Of a stretch of DNA of 64,000 nt, positions 37,013 through 46,396 are shown one piece after another. Source of the DNA: a virus; IMG/VR virus record IMGVR_UViG_3300031772_000024, positions 3,888-67,887 of that record, one strand, 5' to 3'. The notes beneath the pieces are model-generated. The model was not told the DNA's origin. It made no database searches and saw nothing but the letters and a program-made list of their open reading frames with translations. Numbering within the stretch: the stretch's first letter is position 1; the number at the start of each line of letters is the position of its first letter. The position numbers and the translations under genes are program-made.

Positions 37013-39000
37013 AGCAGGTCCTACGGTCAGTCATCGACTTTGGCGACGGCGACAACAAGATTTCCCAGGACAACCTCATCCTGAACCTTCAGAAGCTCGT
37101 AGCGTCCCACTACGAGTGGACGAGGCCGGATGACCAGCGCCTCTACACGTTCGTCGTCACCTTCTTCCAGCAGCGCATGGAAGTCCCCTCCGCGCAGACG
37201 ATGGAGGACTACTTCGAGCGACTGAAGGACATCGAAGCCGTCGAGCGGCTCAAGGACGTAAAGAGCGTCCCGTCGTACATCCGAACGAACTTCGATGAGC
37301 TGCTGAAGACTTCGCTCGAAGACCAGCACCGCATCAAGGCCGTCGCGCTCCTCAAAGAGGCGCAGGAGATCATCACCAAGGGCCTGGAGATCGAGGGCGA
37401 GCGGAAGCAGGGCGTCCGGGACGGTATCCAGCACTTCGCTTCGAAGGCCAACGACCTCATCATCTCGGACTACAACGCCAGGACACGCGGCGACATTCGC
37501 GACGACGGTGAGGATATCTGGAACGAATACCAGCAGGCCAAGGTCAACAAGGACAAGGTCTGGGGTAAGTTCACGGGCCTCAACAACATCGACACGAACT
37601 GCCACGGCGCCAAGAAGGGCGAACTCTGGATTCACGCGGCATACCCAGGTGAGCTGAAGTGCCTTGCGGGTGATGTGACGATTTTCGACCACAGAACGAA
37701 TCGCCGTCGAACACTGCACGAGCTTTTCCAAAGCGGGGATCTGCCGATCGTGACCGCCCTCGATCGCGAAGGTGAGACACACAAACTCGTTCTCGCGGAG
37801 ACTTCACATCTTGTCGAGAACGGCGTTCGTGCCGTACATGACCTTCGCCTGTCCTCGGGCCGACAGATCGGCGCGACCGGGAACCACAAGTTCTTCACGC
37901 CATCTGGCTGGAAGAGGCTCGACGAGCTGACGCTGGGTGATTGGGTTGCCGTACCTTCAGCCCGGTGGCGTCACGCGAACACAACAAAGTACCGCCCTTC
38001 GGCGCAAGCGGACACTCTCGCGCTCTTCGCCTCGGCGCCCGCGGTGCGCAAGGCACTGGAGGGGGATTTGTCCTGGGAGCAAGTCGTGGCCATCGACTTC
38101 CGTGGGGAAGAGCTGACCTACGATCTCTCCGTGCCGGGCCACCACACGTTCGTTGCGAACGACATCGTGACTCACAACACCAGCCTCGCGATGAACTGGT
38201 GCTACAACCTGGTCACTCGCTACAAGGCCAACGTCCTCTACGTCAGCCTTGAAATGCCCTATCACCAGCTACGGCGCATCGGCTACGTGATCCACTCCGC
38301 GAGCGCCAAGTGGCAGATGGAGGGCTTCGAGAAGCCCCTCGATTACCGCATGGTCCGCGACGGCATGCTCTCGCCGAAGGACGAGGCCTTCTACCAAGAA
38401 GTGATCCGGGATTTCCACAAAAACCCGGAATACTCGTCCTTCGAAGTCTGGAGCCCGGACCGCGAGGTCGACATGGACGACATCCGATTGGAAGCCGAGC
38501 TGCTTCACAAGCGGATGGAGGTCGGCATGATCGTTCTCGACCACGGCATGCTCGTGAACCCGCGGCGGAAGAAGCGCTCGAAGGACTACGTCGTCGAGTT
38601 GAACTCGGTCATTCGTGACGCGAAGAAGCTCGCCCTCCACTTCAACCAAGGTGAAGGCATCCCTGTCCTCATGCTGTTCCAGATCAACCGGCAGGGGAAG
38701 GTGGAGGCCGACAAGAACGAGGGTAGGTACAAGATGAGCGCGCTCACGTACGCCAATGAAACGGACAAGAGCGCGGACATCATCACGACGACGTACCTCA
38801 ACGACGAGCATCGCCGGCAAGGTACGACCCTGCTCTGCAACCTAAAGAACCGGGATAACCCCCTCTTCGAGCCCTTTCCTGCCGAAGTGAACTTCTCCTC
38901 ACGCCGCATCCGTAACCGCAATTCGATGAACACGAACTACGGCCACGGCATGAGCGCAGACATTCACTCGGATGCCATTCAAATGGCGTCGATCATATGA
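37009..39000 (+). CDS. dnaB: Replicative DnaB-like helicase, intein-containing
   Basis: TTG start overlapping the previous TGA; AYPGELK|T Walker A, VSLEM, VLDH, FQINR, KNRD. Confidence 0.88.
   Translation: MKQVLRSVIDFGDGDNKISQDNLILNLQKLVASHYEWTRPDDQRLYTFVVTFFQQRMEVPSAQTMEDYFERLKDIEAVERLKDVKSVPSYIRTNFDELLKTSLEDQHRIKAVALLKEAQEIITKGLEIEGERKQGVRDGIQHFASKANDLIISDYNARTRGDIRDDGEDIWNEYQQAKVNKDKVWGKFTGLNNIDTNCHGAKKGELWIHAAYPGELKCLAGDVTIFDHRTNRRRTLHELFQSGDLPIVTALDREGETHKLVLAETSHLVENGVRAVHDLRLSSGRQIGATGNHKFFTPSGWKRLDELTLGDWVAVPSARWRHANTTKYRPSAQADTLALFASAPAVRKALEGDLSWEQVVAIDFRGEELTYDLSVPGHHTFVANDIVTHNTSLAMNWCYNLVTRYKANVLYVSLEMPYHQLRRIGYVIHSASAKWQMEGFEKPLDYRMVRDGMLSPKDEAFYQEVIRDFHKNPEYSSFEVWSPDREVDMDDIRLEAELLHKRMEVGMIVLDHGMLVNPRRKKRSKDYVVELNSVIRDAKKLALHFNQGEGIPVLMLFQINRQGKVEADKNEGRYKMSALTYANETDKSADIITTTYLNDEHRRQGTTLLCNLKNRDNPLFEPFPAEVNFSSRRIRNRNSMNTNYGHGMSADIHSDAIQMASII
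37660..38178 (+). mobile_element. Mini-intein (173 aa) in the DnaB P-loop
   Basis: CLAGD start, ATGNHKF block B, TYDLSV...IVTHN|T end; no endonuclease motifs. Confidence 0.92.
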
Positions 39001-39635
39001 GCGCCATGGCCCGCGATTTCCAAGACGAAGCCCGCAAAGAGTCCGTCCACAGCGAGGCGATCAAGCAGTGGGTCCAGATGCGCATCAAGACCCTCCACGA
39101 GAGGGTCACGGCGCACGACGTTCTGCGCCGCTACGATGTGAAGCTCCAGTACAACTCGGACCGCTCGGAGCAGATTGCCTGCCCGTTCCATGGCGAGGAC
39201 AAGAACCCCTCTGCCCGCGTCTACCCGGAGACGAACGAAGGCCCTTCGCACGTCTGGTGTTACGTCTGCCGAGAGAGCTGGGACTGCATCAAGCTCTGGA
39301 AGAAGTTCACGGCCTTCGAGGGTCGCTTCACGGCGCTCCTTCGGGACCTTGAGCGTAACTTCGGAATCACCCCTCCAGAGACCCCCGAGGGGACGTTCTT
39401 CGAGCGCGATGAGAACGCCGAAGAGATCAAGAACCTGTTCGAGGTGTGTGAGCGGAGGCTCGCGGGCGCAAGGCGAGCCTTCGACATGAAGGGGTACCTC
39501 ACGATCGGATCGATCCTCGACCGCGCCTGGTTCAACTACAACAAGAGGATCTTGGTGCCAGACGAGGCCAAGATCCTCTTGCGTAGGGTTCTCGACAAGG
39601 TGGGGGAGAAAGAGCGCTCGTGCCCCGACGGGTGA
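38997..39635 (+). CDS. Stand-alone CHC2 primase zinc-finger protein
   Basis: CPFHGEDKNPSA...WCYVC...D.I; no TOPRIM domain. Confidence 0.82.
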   Translation: MSAMARDFQDEARKESVHSEAIKQWVQMRIKTLHERVTAHDVLRRYDVKLQYNSDRSEQIACPFHGEDKNPSARVYPETNEGPSHVWCYVCRESWDCIKLWKKFTAFEGRFTALLRDLERNFGITPPETPEGTFFERDENAEEIKNLFEVCERRLAGARRAFDMKGYLTIGSILDRAWFNYNKRILVPDEAKILLRRVLDKVGEKERSCPDG

Positions 39636-40051
39636 CCGCCCATACGAAGGAGATGGGCCAGCTTCCGCTGTACCTCATCTACGAAGCCCAGGGGTTGTGG
39701 GAAGAGAAGTGGCGGCCTCTCCAAGGGCACCCCATCGCTGAAGCATTCACACGTGTCCCAAAGGCCCTTGTCGAGCACGCGCTCCATGGGTGGTCGTCCC
39801 CGTTGGTGAAGGCCCTCGGGCTTTTACCCGCAGGCTGCCTTCGTAAGCTGCCTGTCCCTGCACGGGAATGTGAGGTACGCCGCAAGTGCCCCTTCTACGA
39901 CAAGGCCCAGTGCTTCCCCACGGCTAAAGCAATGCCGTGGTGTTACGAGCCCGGAGGTGTAGAGGAGTCGATCAGAGCGCTCGTCTCGGAAGCGATAAGC
40001 CTCTGGCGCGAGGGTGTGTACATCACGGTTGTCTGCGAGGAGGAGCGATGA
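39620..40051 (+). CDS. Hypothetical Cys-rich protein
   Basis: C...CPFYD..QC...PWCYEP; overlaps both neighbours in an operon-like way. Confidence 0.6.
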   Translation: MPRRVTAHTKEMGQLPLYLIYEAQGLWEEKWRPLQGHPIAEAFTRVPKALVEHALHGWSSPLVKALGLLPAGCLRKLPVPARECEVRRKCPFYDKAQCFPTAKAMPWCYEPGGVEESIRALVSEAISLWREGVYITVVCEEER

Positions 40052-42987
40052 ACGACGGGGACGAGCTGCTTGATTTCTTGGAAGACCTGGGGAAGAAGTC
40101 AAAGCCCTCCGCGAACGTTGATGTTCCGGACACGGGAGACGCGCCGGAAGCACCGGTCGCCGCACGACCAACACGAGACAACGCGCTCCCCTTCGAAGAT
40201 GGGGATTCGCCCGAGGACTTCTTCGCCAACTCGGGCATCAAGCAAGAGCGCGATGTCAATGTGACGTTGAAGCCGTGGATGAAGTACCACGAGTTCATCG
40301 TCATCGAGACGGTGGCGCAGCTCGAAGCGCTCGTCGATGAGGCCATTGCCTCGGGTCGATGCGCTATCGACTTGGAAACGCAGGGGCTCGACGGTCGCAT
40401 CGACTACGACGAGAACAACGTCCCGCGGACGAAGCACCAGATCGTCGGGTACTGTCTCGCGCCCGGTGACGCCAAGAAGGGCTACTACGTCCCGATTCGC
40501 CACCGCCCGCGTGACGGCGGACCGGTGAATAACGTCCCTCTCGAAGAAGCCAACGCGGCCATCAAGCGACTCTGCTTGGCGTCGCAGCCCGTGCCTGACC
40601 CGAGCGATCCCGACCCGCTCGGGTTCCGCAAGATGAAGACCCCGCCGCGGGTCGTTCTCTACTTCTGGTACGCGAAGTTCGACCAGGAGTTCCTGTACCC
40701 GGTGACGGGCATCGACTTCTGGCACCCCGACTCGTTCGAGGATGGCCTGCTCGCGTCGTTCGTCCTCTACACGGACGACGGTGACCTGAGCCTCAAGTAC
40801 AAGGCACCCGCGGTCCTCCGAGACCAGGACGGCAACCCCTACGAGATGATCAAGTTCAAGGACTTGTTCGTGAAGGGGCGTGCTCTGGAGTTCGACCAGC
40901 TTTCAGCCGAGGAGGCACGCCACTACGCGTGCTCCGACGCCATCTGCACAAGCCTCCTTTGCCAGCACCCGACGATCGTGCCGCAGGTGAAGGCCAAGAC
41001 GAACCTGGCAACGACCTACCGTATCGAGAAGCAGTGCATTCAGGCCACGCGCGTGATGGAGCGCCACCGGGTCAAGGTCGACCGGGAGAAACTCCGCGAG
41101 ATCCTCACGGACCACATCGGGAAGCGCGAGACCGTCCGCGCTCAGATCGTGGACCTCGCCACCAGCCGAGGCTTCCACGGCTTCGAACCCGGATCGTCCA
41201 AGCAATTGTCGGACTTTCTCTTCGGCGAGAAGGGGCTCGACATCAAGCTCACGATCGAGCACCCGGACTTCCCTGGCGGCAAGCCCGCCAAGCACGCAGC
41301 TTCGGGCCAGTACAAAACCGACGCCGCGACGATCGAGCAGCTCGTCAACGAGATGGGCAAAGACCACGCACCGGTCGTGCTCAACCAGATGATCGAGTGG
41401 CGGGAGCACGACAAGGTCATCGGGACGTACCTCGAAAAGCTAGTCAACAACCCCGACAAGAACGACGAGCTTAGGTTCAACTTCAAAGAGACCGGGACGG
41501 CGACGGGCCGTTTCAGCGCACCCCAAGGGGACGCGACGCAGGGCTTTTCCGGTGTCCCCGTCCACGGGATCCCTGGCGACTCGCAGATGCGGCAAGCCTT
41601 CATCGCTCGCCCTGGCTACACGATGGCCAAGTGCGACTACGCAGGCCAGGAGCTTCGCATTGCGGCGAACGTGTCGGGCGAGCCCATCTGGATCGAGGAG
41701 TTCCTTCGGATCGGGGGTGGAGACCTCCACACCATCACGGCGAGGGCGTTCTTCAACGTGGACAAGCCCACGCCCGAGCAACGCAAGATGGCGAAGATCG
41801 CCAACTTCGCCTTGGTCTACGGCGGCGGCCCCGCGGCCATCATGCGCGCCACCGGCTGTGACCGCATGGAGGCCACGCGCCGCAAGCAGGCGTTCGATAA
41901 GACCGTGCCGGTATTCGCCGGGTGGGTGAAGCAACAGCACAAGGCCGTCAAGGAGAACCTCGGGATCACCAACCCCTTCGGGCGGTGGATCGCGATTCCG
42001 GACGCCGCGGTCAAGGCGAACGAAACGCTCCACAACAAGGTGCTGACAGAGGAGGACGCGAAGAAGATCCGCGCCGCCTGCGAGCGTCACTCGACGAACT
42101 ACCCGATCCAGTCGTCCGGCGCGGACATCATGAAGATCGCGCTCATCACGCTCCACAAGGAGTTCTACAAGCGCGGATGGCTGCGGAATGGCGGCGATGA
42201 CTCCGTCCGAATGCTCCTCACGGTGCACGACGAAATCGTCTTCGAGATCAAGCACGAGCGTGTGGAGGAGGCGATCCCGATCATCGTCGAGGGTATGGCC
42301 CTCCCGGGCCGTATGGCCCGTCCGCCCTTCTCACCCATCTGGCGCATCCCTCTGATCGTCGAGCCCTTGCTCGGGGACTCGTGGGGCGGCAAGTACAACT
42401 GGGAGATGATGACCGTCGGCCACACGGGCACGATGGCCAGCATGAAGCTCAAGGAGTACGAGATGCCGATGCACATCGAGATGGGGGAGAAGGTTTACCA
42501 CCGCATCCCGCCGTGGCTCGAAGGCATCGTGAAGCCGGGCTGGGAGCGCACGGGCGAGGTTCCGAAGGGTGTCCTGCTTCTCCTGAAGCCGACAGGTTCG
42601 ACCCCGCCTCCACCTCAACCCCCGGGTGGTGGAGGTGGCGAAGTACGGACCGACTCGGCGCCCCCGCCCGCGGCATCACGCCCGGCGACCACGATACACC
42701 CTCCGCCCCCCGCGGCTGCCGCGCCTGCAAAGCCACTCGCAGAGAAGGCCGTGCGCTTCATCATCGAGAAGTTGAGCAACGATACGGTGCGGATCGTCAA
42801 CGTCATTGTCGCCAAGAGCATGGAGCCCGTAACGGGGGCTTTACTCGTTCTGACGGATCCCCGTGGGAGCACCCTGATTGACCCCAGTCTGAACGTTCGT
42901 GTGGATCCCGAGAAGTTCTCTACGGGGCTCCGTGAGCACACCTTGTCGGATGGCAAATACGAGAGCGGGCCTTATCAAAAGCCTTAG
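40048..42987 (+). CDS. polA: Family A DNA polymerase with 3'-5' exonuclease
   Basis: ExoI DLET, ExoII AKFD, ExoIII YACSDA; TATGRFS, motif A DYAGQELR, motif B RKMAKIANFALVYG, motif C VHDEI; no 5'-3' exonuclease; Pro-rich C-terminal extension. Confidence 0.93.
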   Translation: MNDGDELLDFLEDLGKKSKPSANVDVPDTGDAPEAPVAARPTRDNALPFEDGDSPEDFFANSGIKQERDVNVTLKPWMKYHEFIVIETVAQLEALVDEAIASGRCAIDLETQGLDGRIDYDENNVPRTKHQIVGYCLAPGDAKKGYYVPIRHRPRDGGPVNNVPLEEANAAIKRLCLASQPVPDPSDPDPLGFRKMKTPPRVVLYFWYAKFDQEFLYPVTGIDFWHPDSFEDGLLASFVLYTDDGDLSLKYKAPAVLRDQDGNPYEMIKFKDLFVKGRALEFDQLSAEEARHYACSDAICTSLLCQHPTIVPQVKAKTNLATTYRIEKQCIQATRVMERHRVKVDREKLREILTDHIGKRETVRAQIVDLATSRGFHGFEPGSSKQLSDFLFGEKGLDIKLTIEHPDFPGGKPAKHAASGQYKTDAATIEQLVNEMGKDHAPVVLNQMIEWREHDKVIGTYLEKLVNNPDKNDELRFNFKETGTATGRFSAPQGDATQGFSGVPVHGIPGDSQMRQAFIARPGYTMAKCDYAGQELRIAANVSGEPIWIEEFLRIGGGDLHTITARAFFNVDKPTPEQRKMAKIANFALVYGGGPAAIMRATGCDRMEATRRKQAFDKTVPVFAGWVKQQHKAVKENLGITNPFGRWIAIPDAAVKANETLHNKVLTEEDAKKIRAACERHSTNYPIQSSGADIMKIALITLHKEFYKRGWLRNGGDDSVRMLLTVHDEIVFEIKHERVEEAIPIIVEGMALPGRMARPPFSPIWRIPLIVEPLLGDSWGGKYNWEMMTVGHTGTMASMKLKEYEMPMHIEMGEKVYHRIPPWLEGIVKPGWERTGEVPKGVLLLLKPTGSTPPPPQPPGGGGGEVRTDSAPPPAASRPATTIHPPPPAAAAPAKPLAEKAVRFIIEKLSNDTVRIVNVIVAKSMEPVTGALLVLTDPRGSTLIDPSLNVRVDPEKFSTGLREHTLSDGKYESGPYQKP

Positions 42988-42996
42988 GGGGTAAGT

Positions 42997-43719
42997 ATGG
43001 CTACTCGTCGCGACCTGTACGGAGAGTGCAACCTTGAAGGGGCACCTGAACCCGACTTCAAGGAGCAGTGCTGCGACAAATGCCTGAACCCCGATTGCGC
43101 TAGGAGCACTTGGGGGACGACCCGGTTCGAGAACCGGGTCGCGGCCTGGGAGGACAAGCTCTTTCTGAACGTCGCGCGAATGCCGCGCGAAGACCCACGC
43201 TACCCGCTACTGACCGCTCAAGGGTTCGTGACGATCGACGTAGGGCCAGCCCCTTCGGTCAGGGGCTGGGATGACCCGAGAGACATTCAAGGTGGCGCCT
43301 CGGTCTCACACGTCCGAATGCCGCAGGAAGAGGAGCCGGCTAAGCAAGCACCCGCGTTGGCTCCACCCGCGCCCGTGCTGCTTCTGCCACCAGGCTTTCC
43401 TACGCTGCGGGAACAGCCGTTGGTCTCTCCGCCCCCTCCCGTGGTAGAAGCGGCCCCTGCGCCCCCACCGGAGCCGCCAAAAGCGGCCCCCGCACCTCAG
43501 GCGCAGCCGCGAACGCCAGACTGGTCGTCCGCCGCTGCGGCGTCCACGATGAACACCCCCTTCCAGACTGGGCGCATGTTGCAGGGCGCACCATCGGGCG
43601 CTTCCGCGCAGCAAGGGGTCGACAAATGGGGCGCCCCGGTGCCGCCCCCTGCGAACGAGGCTGCCCCCGCTATCAAGGTCGTTCCTCGCGGAGCCAAGAT
43701 CAGGTTGGGCGGTGGGTAG
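42997..43719 (+). CDS. Hypothetical protein, Cys cluster followed by a Pro-rich tail
   Basis: ECN...CCDKCLNPDCARS; ends PRGAKIRLGGG. Confidence 0.65.
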   Translation: MATRRDLYGECNLEGAPEPDFKEQCCDKCLNPDCARSTWGTTRFENRVAAWEDKLFLNVARMPREDPRYPLLTAQGFVTIDVGPAPSVRGWDDPRDIQGGASVSHVRMPQEEEPAKQAPALAPPAPVLLLPPGFPTLREQPLVSPPPPVVEAAPAPPPEPPKAAPAPQAQPRTPDWSSAAAASTMNTPFQTGRMLQGAPSGASAQQGVDKWGAPVPPPANEAAPAIKVVPRGAKIRLGGG

Positions 43720-43755
43720 GACGTCGGTGTAAGTATCCGGCCAAGGAGCGACGAG

Positions 43756-43929
43756 ATGCTAGTCAAAGCCACCATCAAGACGAATGGCGAGGTCATCAAC
43801 GAGGTGATCGACCGTCAACAGGACCTTTGCAGCAAGGTCTACCAGATCACGAACGCCCTCGGCCGTCAGTTGTCCGATGAGGACACGGGCCCCGAGTGCG
43901 ACACCGTGCAAGAAATCTCGAACGAGTAA
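43756..43929 (+). CDS. DUF2997-like small protein (57 aa, missing from the ORF track)
   Basis: MLVKATIKTNGEVINEVIDRQQDLCSKVYQITNALGRQLSDEDTGPECDTVQEISNE; AAGGAG SD; GGTGTA upstream. Confidence 0.7.
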   Translation: MLVKATIKTNGEVINEVIDRQQDLCSKVYQITNALGRQLSDEDTGPECDTVQEISNE

Positions 43930-43940
43930 GGAGTCGCACA

Positions 43941-44264
43941 ATGAGCAAGAGGGTTACAACACTCACAGAGGTCAAGGACAGGGCCATCGCGGAGAAGGCA
44001 CTCCGGGATTCGGCCATGGGGTTCCGCTCCGACGGTGCCACCATCTACATCACATCGGGAGCGCTCGCGGGCGCGACGATCGACCTCACGACCGGTGTCG
44101 TGAGCGGCGACGACATGACCCACTCGGCTGCGTCGATGGGCAAGCTCCGCCAGCTTTACTCCGAGGCAAAGATGCGCCTCATGATCGCCAACCAGGGCGG
44201 CAGCATCCAGTCGACGAAGACGCTCTCGAACGGCGACATCGAGCTGCTGTACCAAGTCGGCTGA
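43941..44264 (+). CDS. DUF1257/Ycf35-like protein
   Basis: MSK...TEVKD....KAL...G...KLRQLYSE......QG.......NGDIEL pattern; AAGGAG SD. Confidence 0.7.
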   Translation: MSKRVTTLTEVKDRAIAEKALRDSAMGFRSDGATIYITSGALAGATIDLTTGVVSGDDMTHSAASMGKLRQLYSEAKMRLMIANQGGSIQSTKTLSNGDIELLYQVG

Positions 44265-44329
44265 GTCTCTCCAGAGAGGGCCGCGGGGTAGATGGTCCCC
44301 ACGGCCCCTTCTGCATAAATGAGGATCGA

Positions 44330-46396
44330 ATGATTACTGACCTGATTTTCCACATCAAGAGCCTGTCACGCGCCATCTACTACGTGACCGATGAGGAGGA
44401 TCGCTTCATCCTCGATCTCTCGCGGGAGTTGAACGAGGGCCGCGAACGCGCCTGGGTCTTCAACGCCGCCATGGGTCTCCGCAAGATGACGGAGTACCTC
44501 GAAGACTGGTCCACTCGGGCGCACGTGATCAACGACAAGCAGCGCGACATCCACGAAGCGCTCATCCAGGTCTATCGCGACGACCCGAAGAAACACGTCA
44601 ACTTCTACGTCTTCACGGACGCGGAGCACTACCTCAAGGACCCCATGGTCCAGCGGCGCGTGCTCAACATCATCCACCAGTCGAACGAGCTGAAGTACGT
44701 CAAGATCCTGATCTTCATCGGGACGCGCAAGTTCCTTCCCACGAACCTCGCGCGCTACTTCCAGGTCGTCGTGGACAAGGGCCTCGCGGCCGAAGAGATC
44801 AACTCGCTCGTTGAGGACATCTCGACCCACCTCCAGTTGCCCGCGCCTCCGGAGCCCGACAAGGTTTTCCGCGGCTTCACGTCCTTCGAGATCAAGTCCG
44901 CCATCTCGCAGTCCGTCGTGAAGACGAAGGTGAAGGGGCGCGAGGGCGCCCGCATCGACGCCAACCTCATCACCGACTTCAAGCGTCAGCAGCTACAGAA
45001 GACGGAGCTGGTCCAGTACATCGACACGTCCCGCTTCTCCTTCAAGGACGTGGGCGGCGTGCAGCGCTTCAAGGAGTGGGCCGTGCGCACGAAGGCGTGC
45101 TGGACCCCTGAAGGCCGCGCGTTCGGGCTCAAGCCACCGAAGGGCGTGCTCTGCGTCGGTATCTGGGGCTGCGGTAAGAGCCTCACGACGAAAGCCATGG
45201 GGCATGCCTGGCAGCTACCCGTCGTCCAGCTTGAGATGGGGCGCCTCCGCTCCAACCAGGTCGGCGAGTCCGAAGGCAACGCGTACCGGGCCATCAAGAT
45301 CATCGAGTCCGTCGCTCCGTGCGTTACGGGTGAAACTCAGGTGACCCTTGCGGACGGGTCTTCAAGGTCAATCGAGGAGCTGTGGCAGGACGGATCTGAA
45401 GACTTGAACGTGATGTGCTGGAATGAGCGCACTCTTCGCGTTCAAACCACCAAGGTCCGTGGGATCACTCGACGGATCGCAGAAGCGTTCAAGGTCACCG
45501 CGGCGAACGGCTTCCATCTCAATGCAACCGCGAATCACCAGCACTATGTCCTTCGGGGCGGACGGCCGGAGTGGGTCCGAACCGATGAGTTGCAGAAGGG
45601 GGGCATGCTCGCTGTCCCGCTCATGCCACAGTTCATCGAGAAGCTTGGGGATTCAGCATTGGACTTGAAAGAAGTCTTCGAAGCCGAATGCCGGTGGGTT
45701 GCGATCAAGGACATCATCAGCATTGGCACACAGACGGTCTTTGATCTTGTCTGCGAAGGCGAGGACACGCATTCGTTCATCGCAAACGGCTTGATCACCC
45801 ATAACTGCGTTGTCTGGATGGACGAGGCCGAGAAGAGCCTCGCCGGATCGCATTCAAGCTCGCAGAGCGACGCCGGGACCACGTCCCGCGTCATCGGCAT
45901 CCTCTCGACCTGGCTCCAGGAAACGGACGCCCCGGTTTGCTTCGCCATGACCGCCAACTCGCTCGCGACCCTCCCCGTCGAGTTCGTGAACCGCCTCGAC
46001 GAGCGCTTCTTCTTCGACCTCCCCTCGGAGGAGGACAGGATCGACATCTTCAAGATCCACCTAAAGAAGGCCAACCAGGACCCTGCGAACTACGACCTTG
46101 TCGATCTCTCAGAGAAGGCCAAACACATGGTGGGCCGCGAAATCGAGCAAGCGATCGGCGCGGCCATGATCGAGTCCTTCCACATGAAGAAGCCCGGCCT
46201 CGACCAAGATATCCTCTGCGATGTCCTGGTCCGCAAGCCTCGGATCGTGAAGACGATGTCCGAGGACATCAAGCTGGTTCGTGATTGGGTCGGCTACGAT
46301 CCCGAGACCAACGATGGCATCCGCGCTCGCTTCGCTGCGCCTCCGGACAAGGGGGAGAGCGGGTTTAACTTCGTGAAGGACGACGGTGCGAAATGA
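44330..46396 (+). CDS. Ycf46-like AAA+ ATPase, intein-containing
   Basis: VTDEEDR N-domain, DVGG..RFKEW, PKGVL..GIWGCGKSL, VGESE, VWMDEAEK, TAN...LPVEF..RLDERFFFDLP. Confidence 0.88.
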   Translation: MITDLIFHIKSLSRAIYYVTDEEDRFILDLSRELNEGRERAWVFNAAMGLRKMTEYLEDWSTRAHVINDKQRDIHEALIQVYRDDPKKHVNFYVFTDAEHYLKDPMVQRRVLNIIHQSNELKYVKILIFIGTRKFLPTNLARYFQVVVDKGLAAEEINSLVEDISTHLQLPAPPEPDKVFRGFTSFEIKSAISQSVVKTKVKGREGARIDANLITDFKRQQLQKTELVQYIDTSRFSFKDVGGVQRFKEWAVRTKACWTPEGRAFGLKPPKGVLCVGIWGCGKSLTTKAMGHAWQLPVVQLEMGRLRSNQVGESEGNAYRAIKIIESVAPCVTGETQVTLADGSSRSIEELWQDGSEDLNVMCWNERTLRVQTTKVRGITRRIAEAFKVTAANGFHLNATANHQHYVLRGGRPEWVRTDELQKGGMLAVPLMPQFIEKLGDSALDLKEVFEAECRWVAIKDIISIGTQTVFDLVCEGEDTHSFIANGLITHNCVVWMDEAEKSLAGSHSSSQSDAGTTSRVIGILSTWLQETDAPVCFAMTANSLATLPVEFVNRLDERFFFDLPSEEDRIDIFKIHLKKANQDPANYDLVDLSEKAKHMVGREIEQAIGAAMIESFHMKKPGLDQDILCDVLVRKPRIVKTMSEDIKLVRDWVGYDPETNDGIRARFAAPPDKGESGFNFVKDDGAK
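45320..45805 (+). mobile_element. Mini-intein (162 aa) just before the AAA Walker B
   Basis: AP|CVTGET start, ATANHQH block B, VFDL...LITHN|C end. Confidence 0.92.

Noticed and set aside
43877-44329. N-terminal extension of the 839-aa AAA ORF
   Set aside because: It overlaps two better small genes. The real start is ATG 44330 with a GAGG SD.
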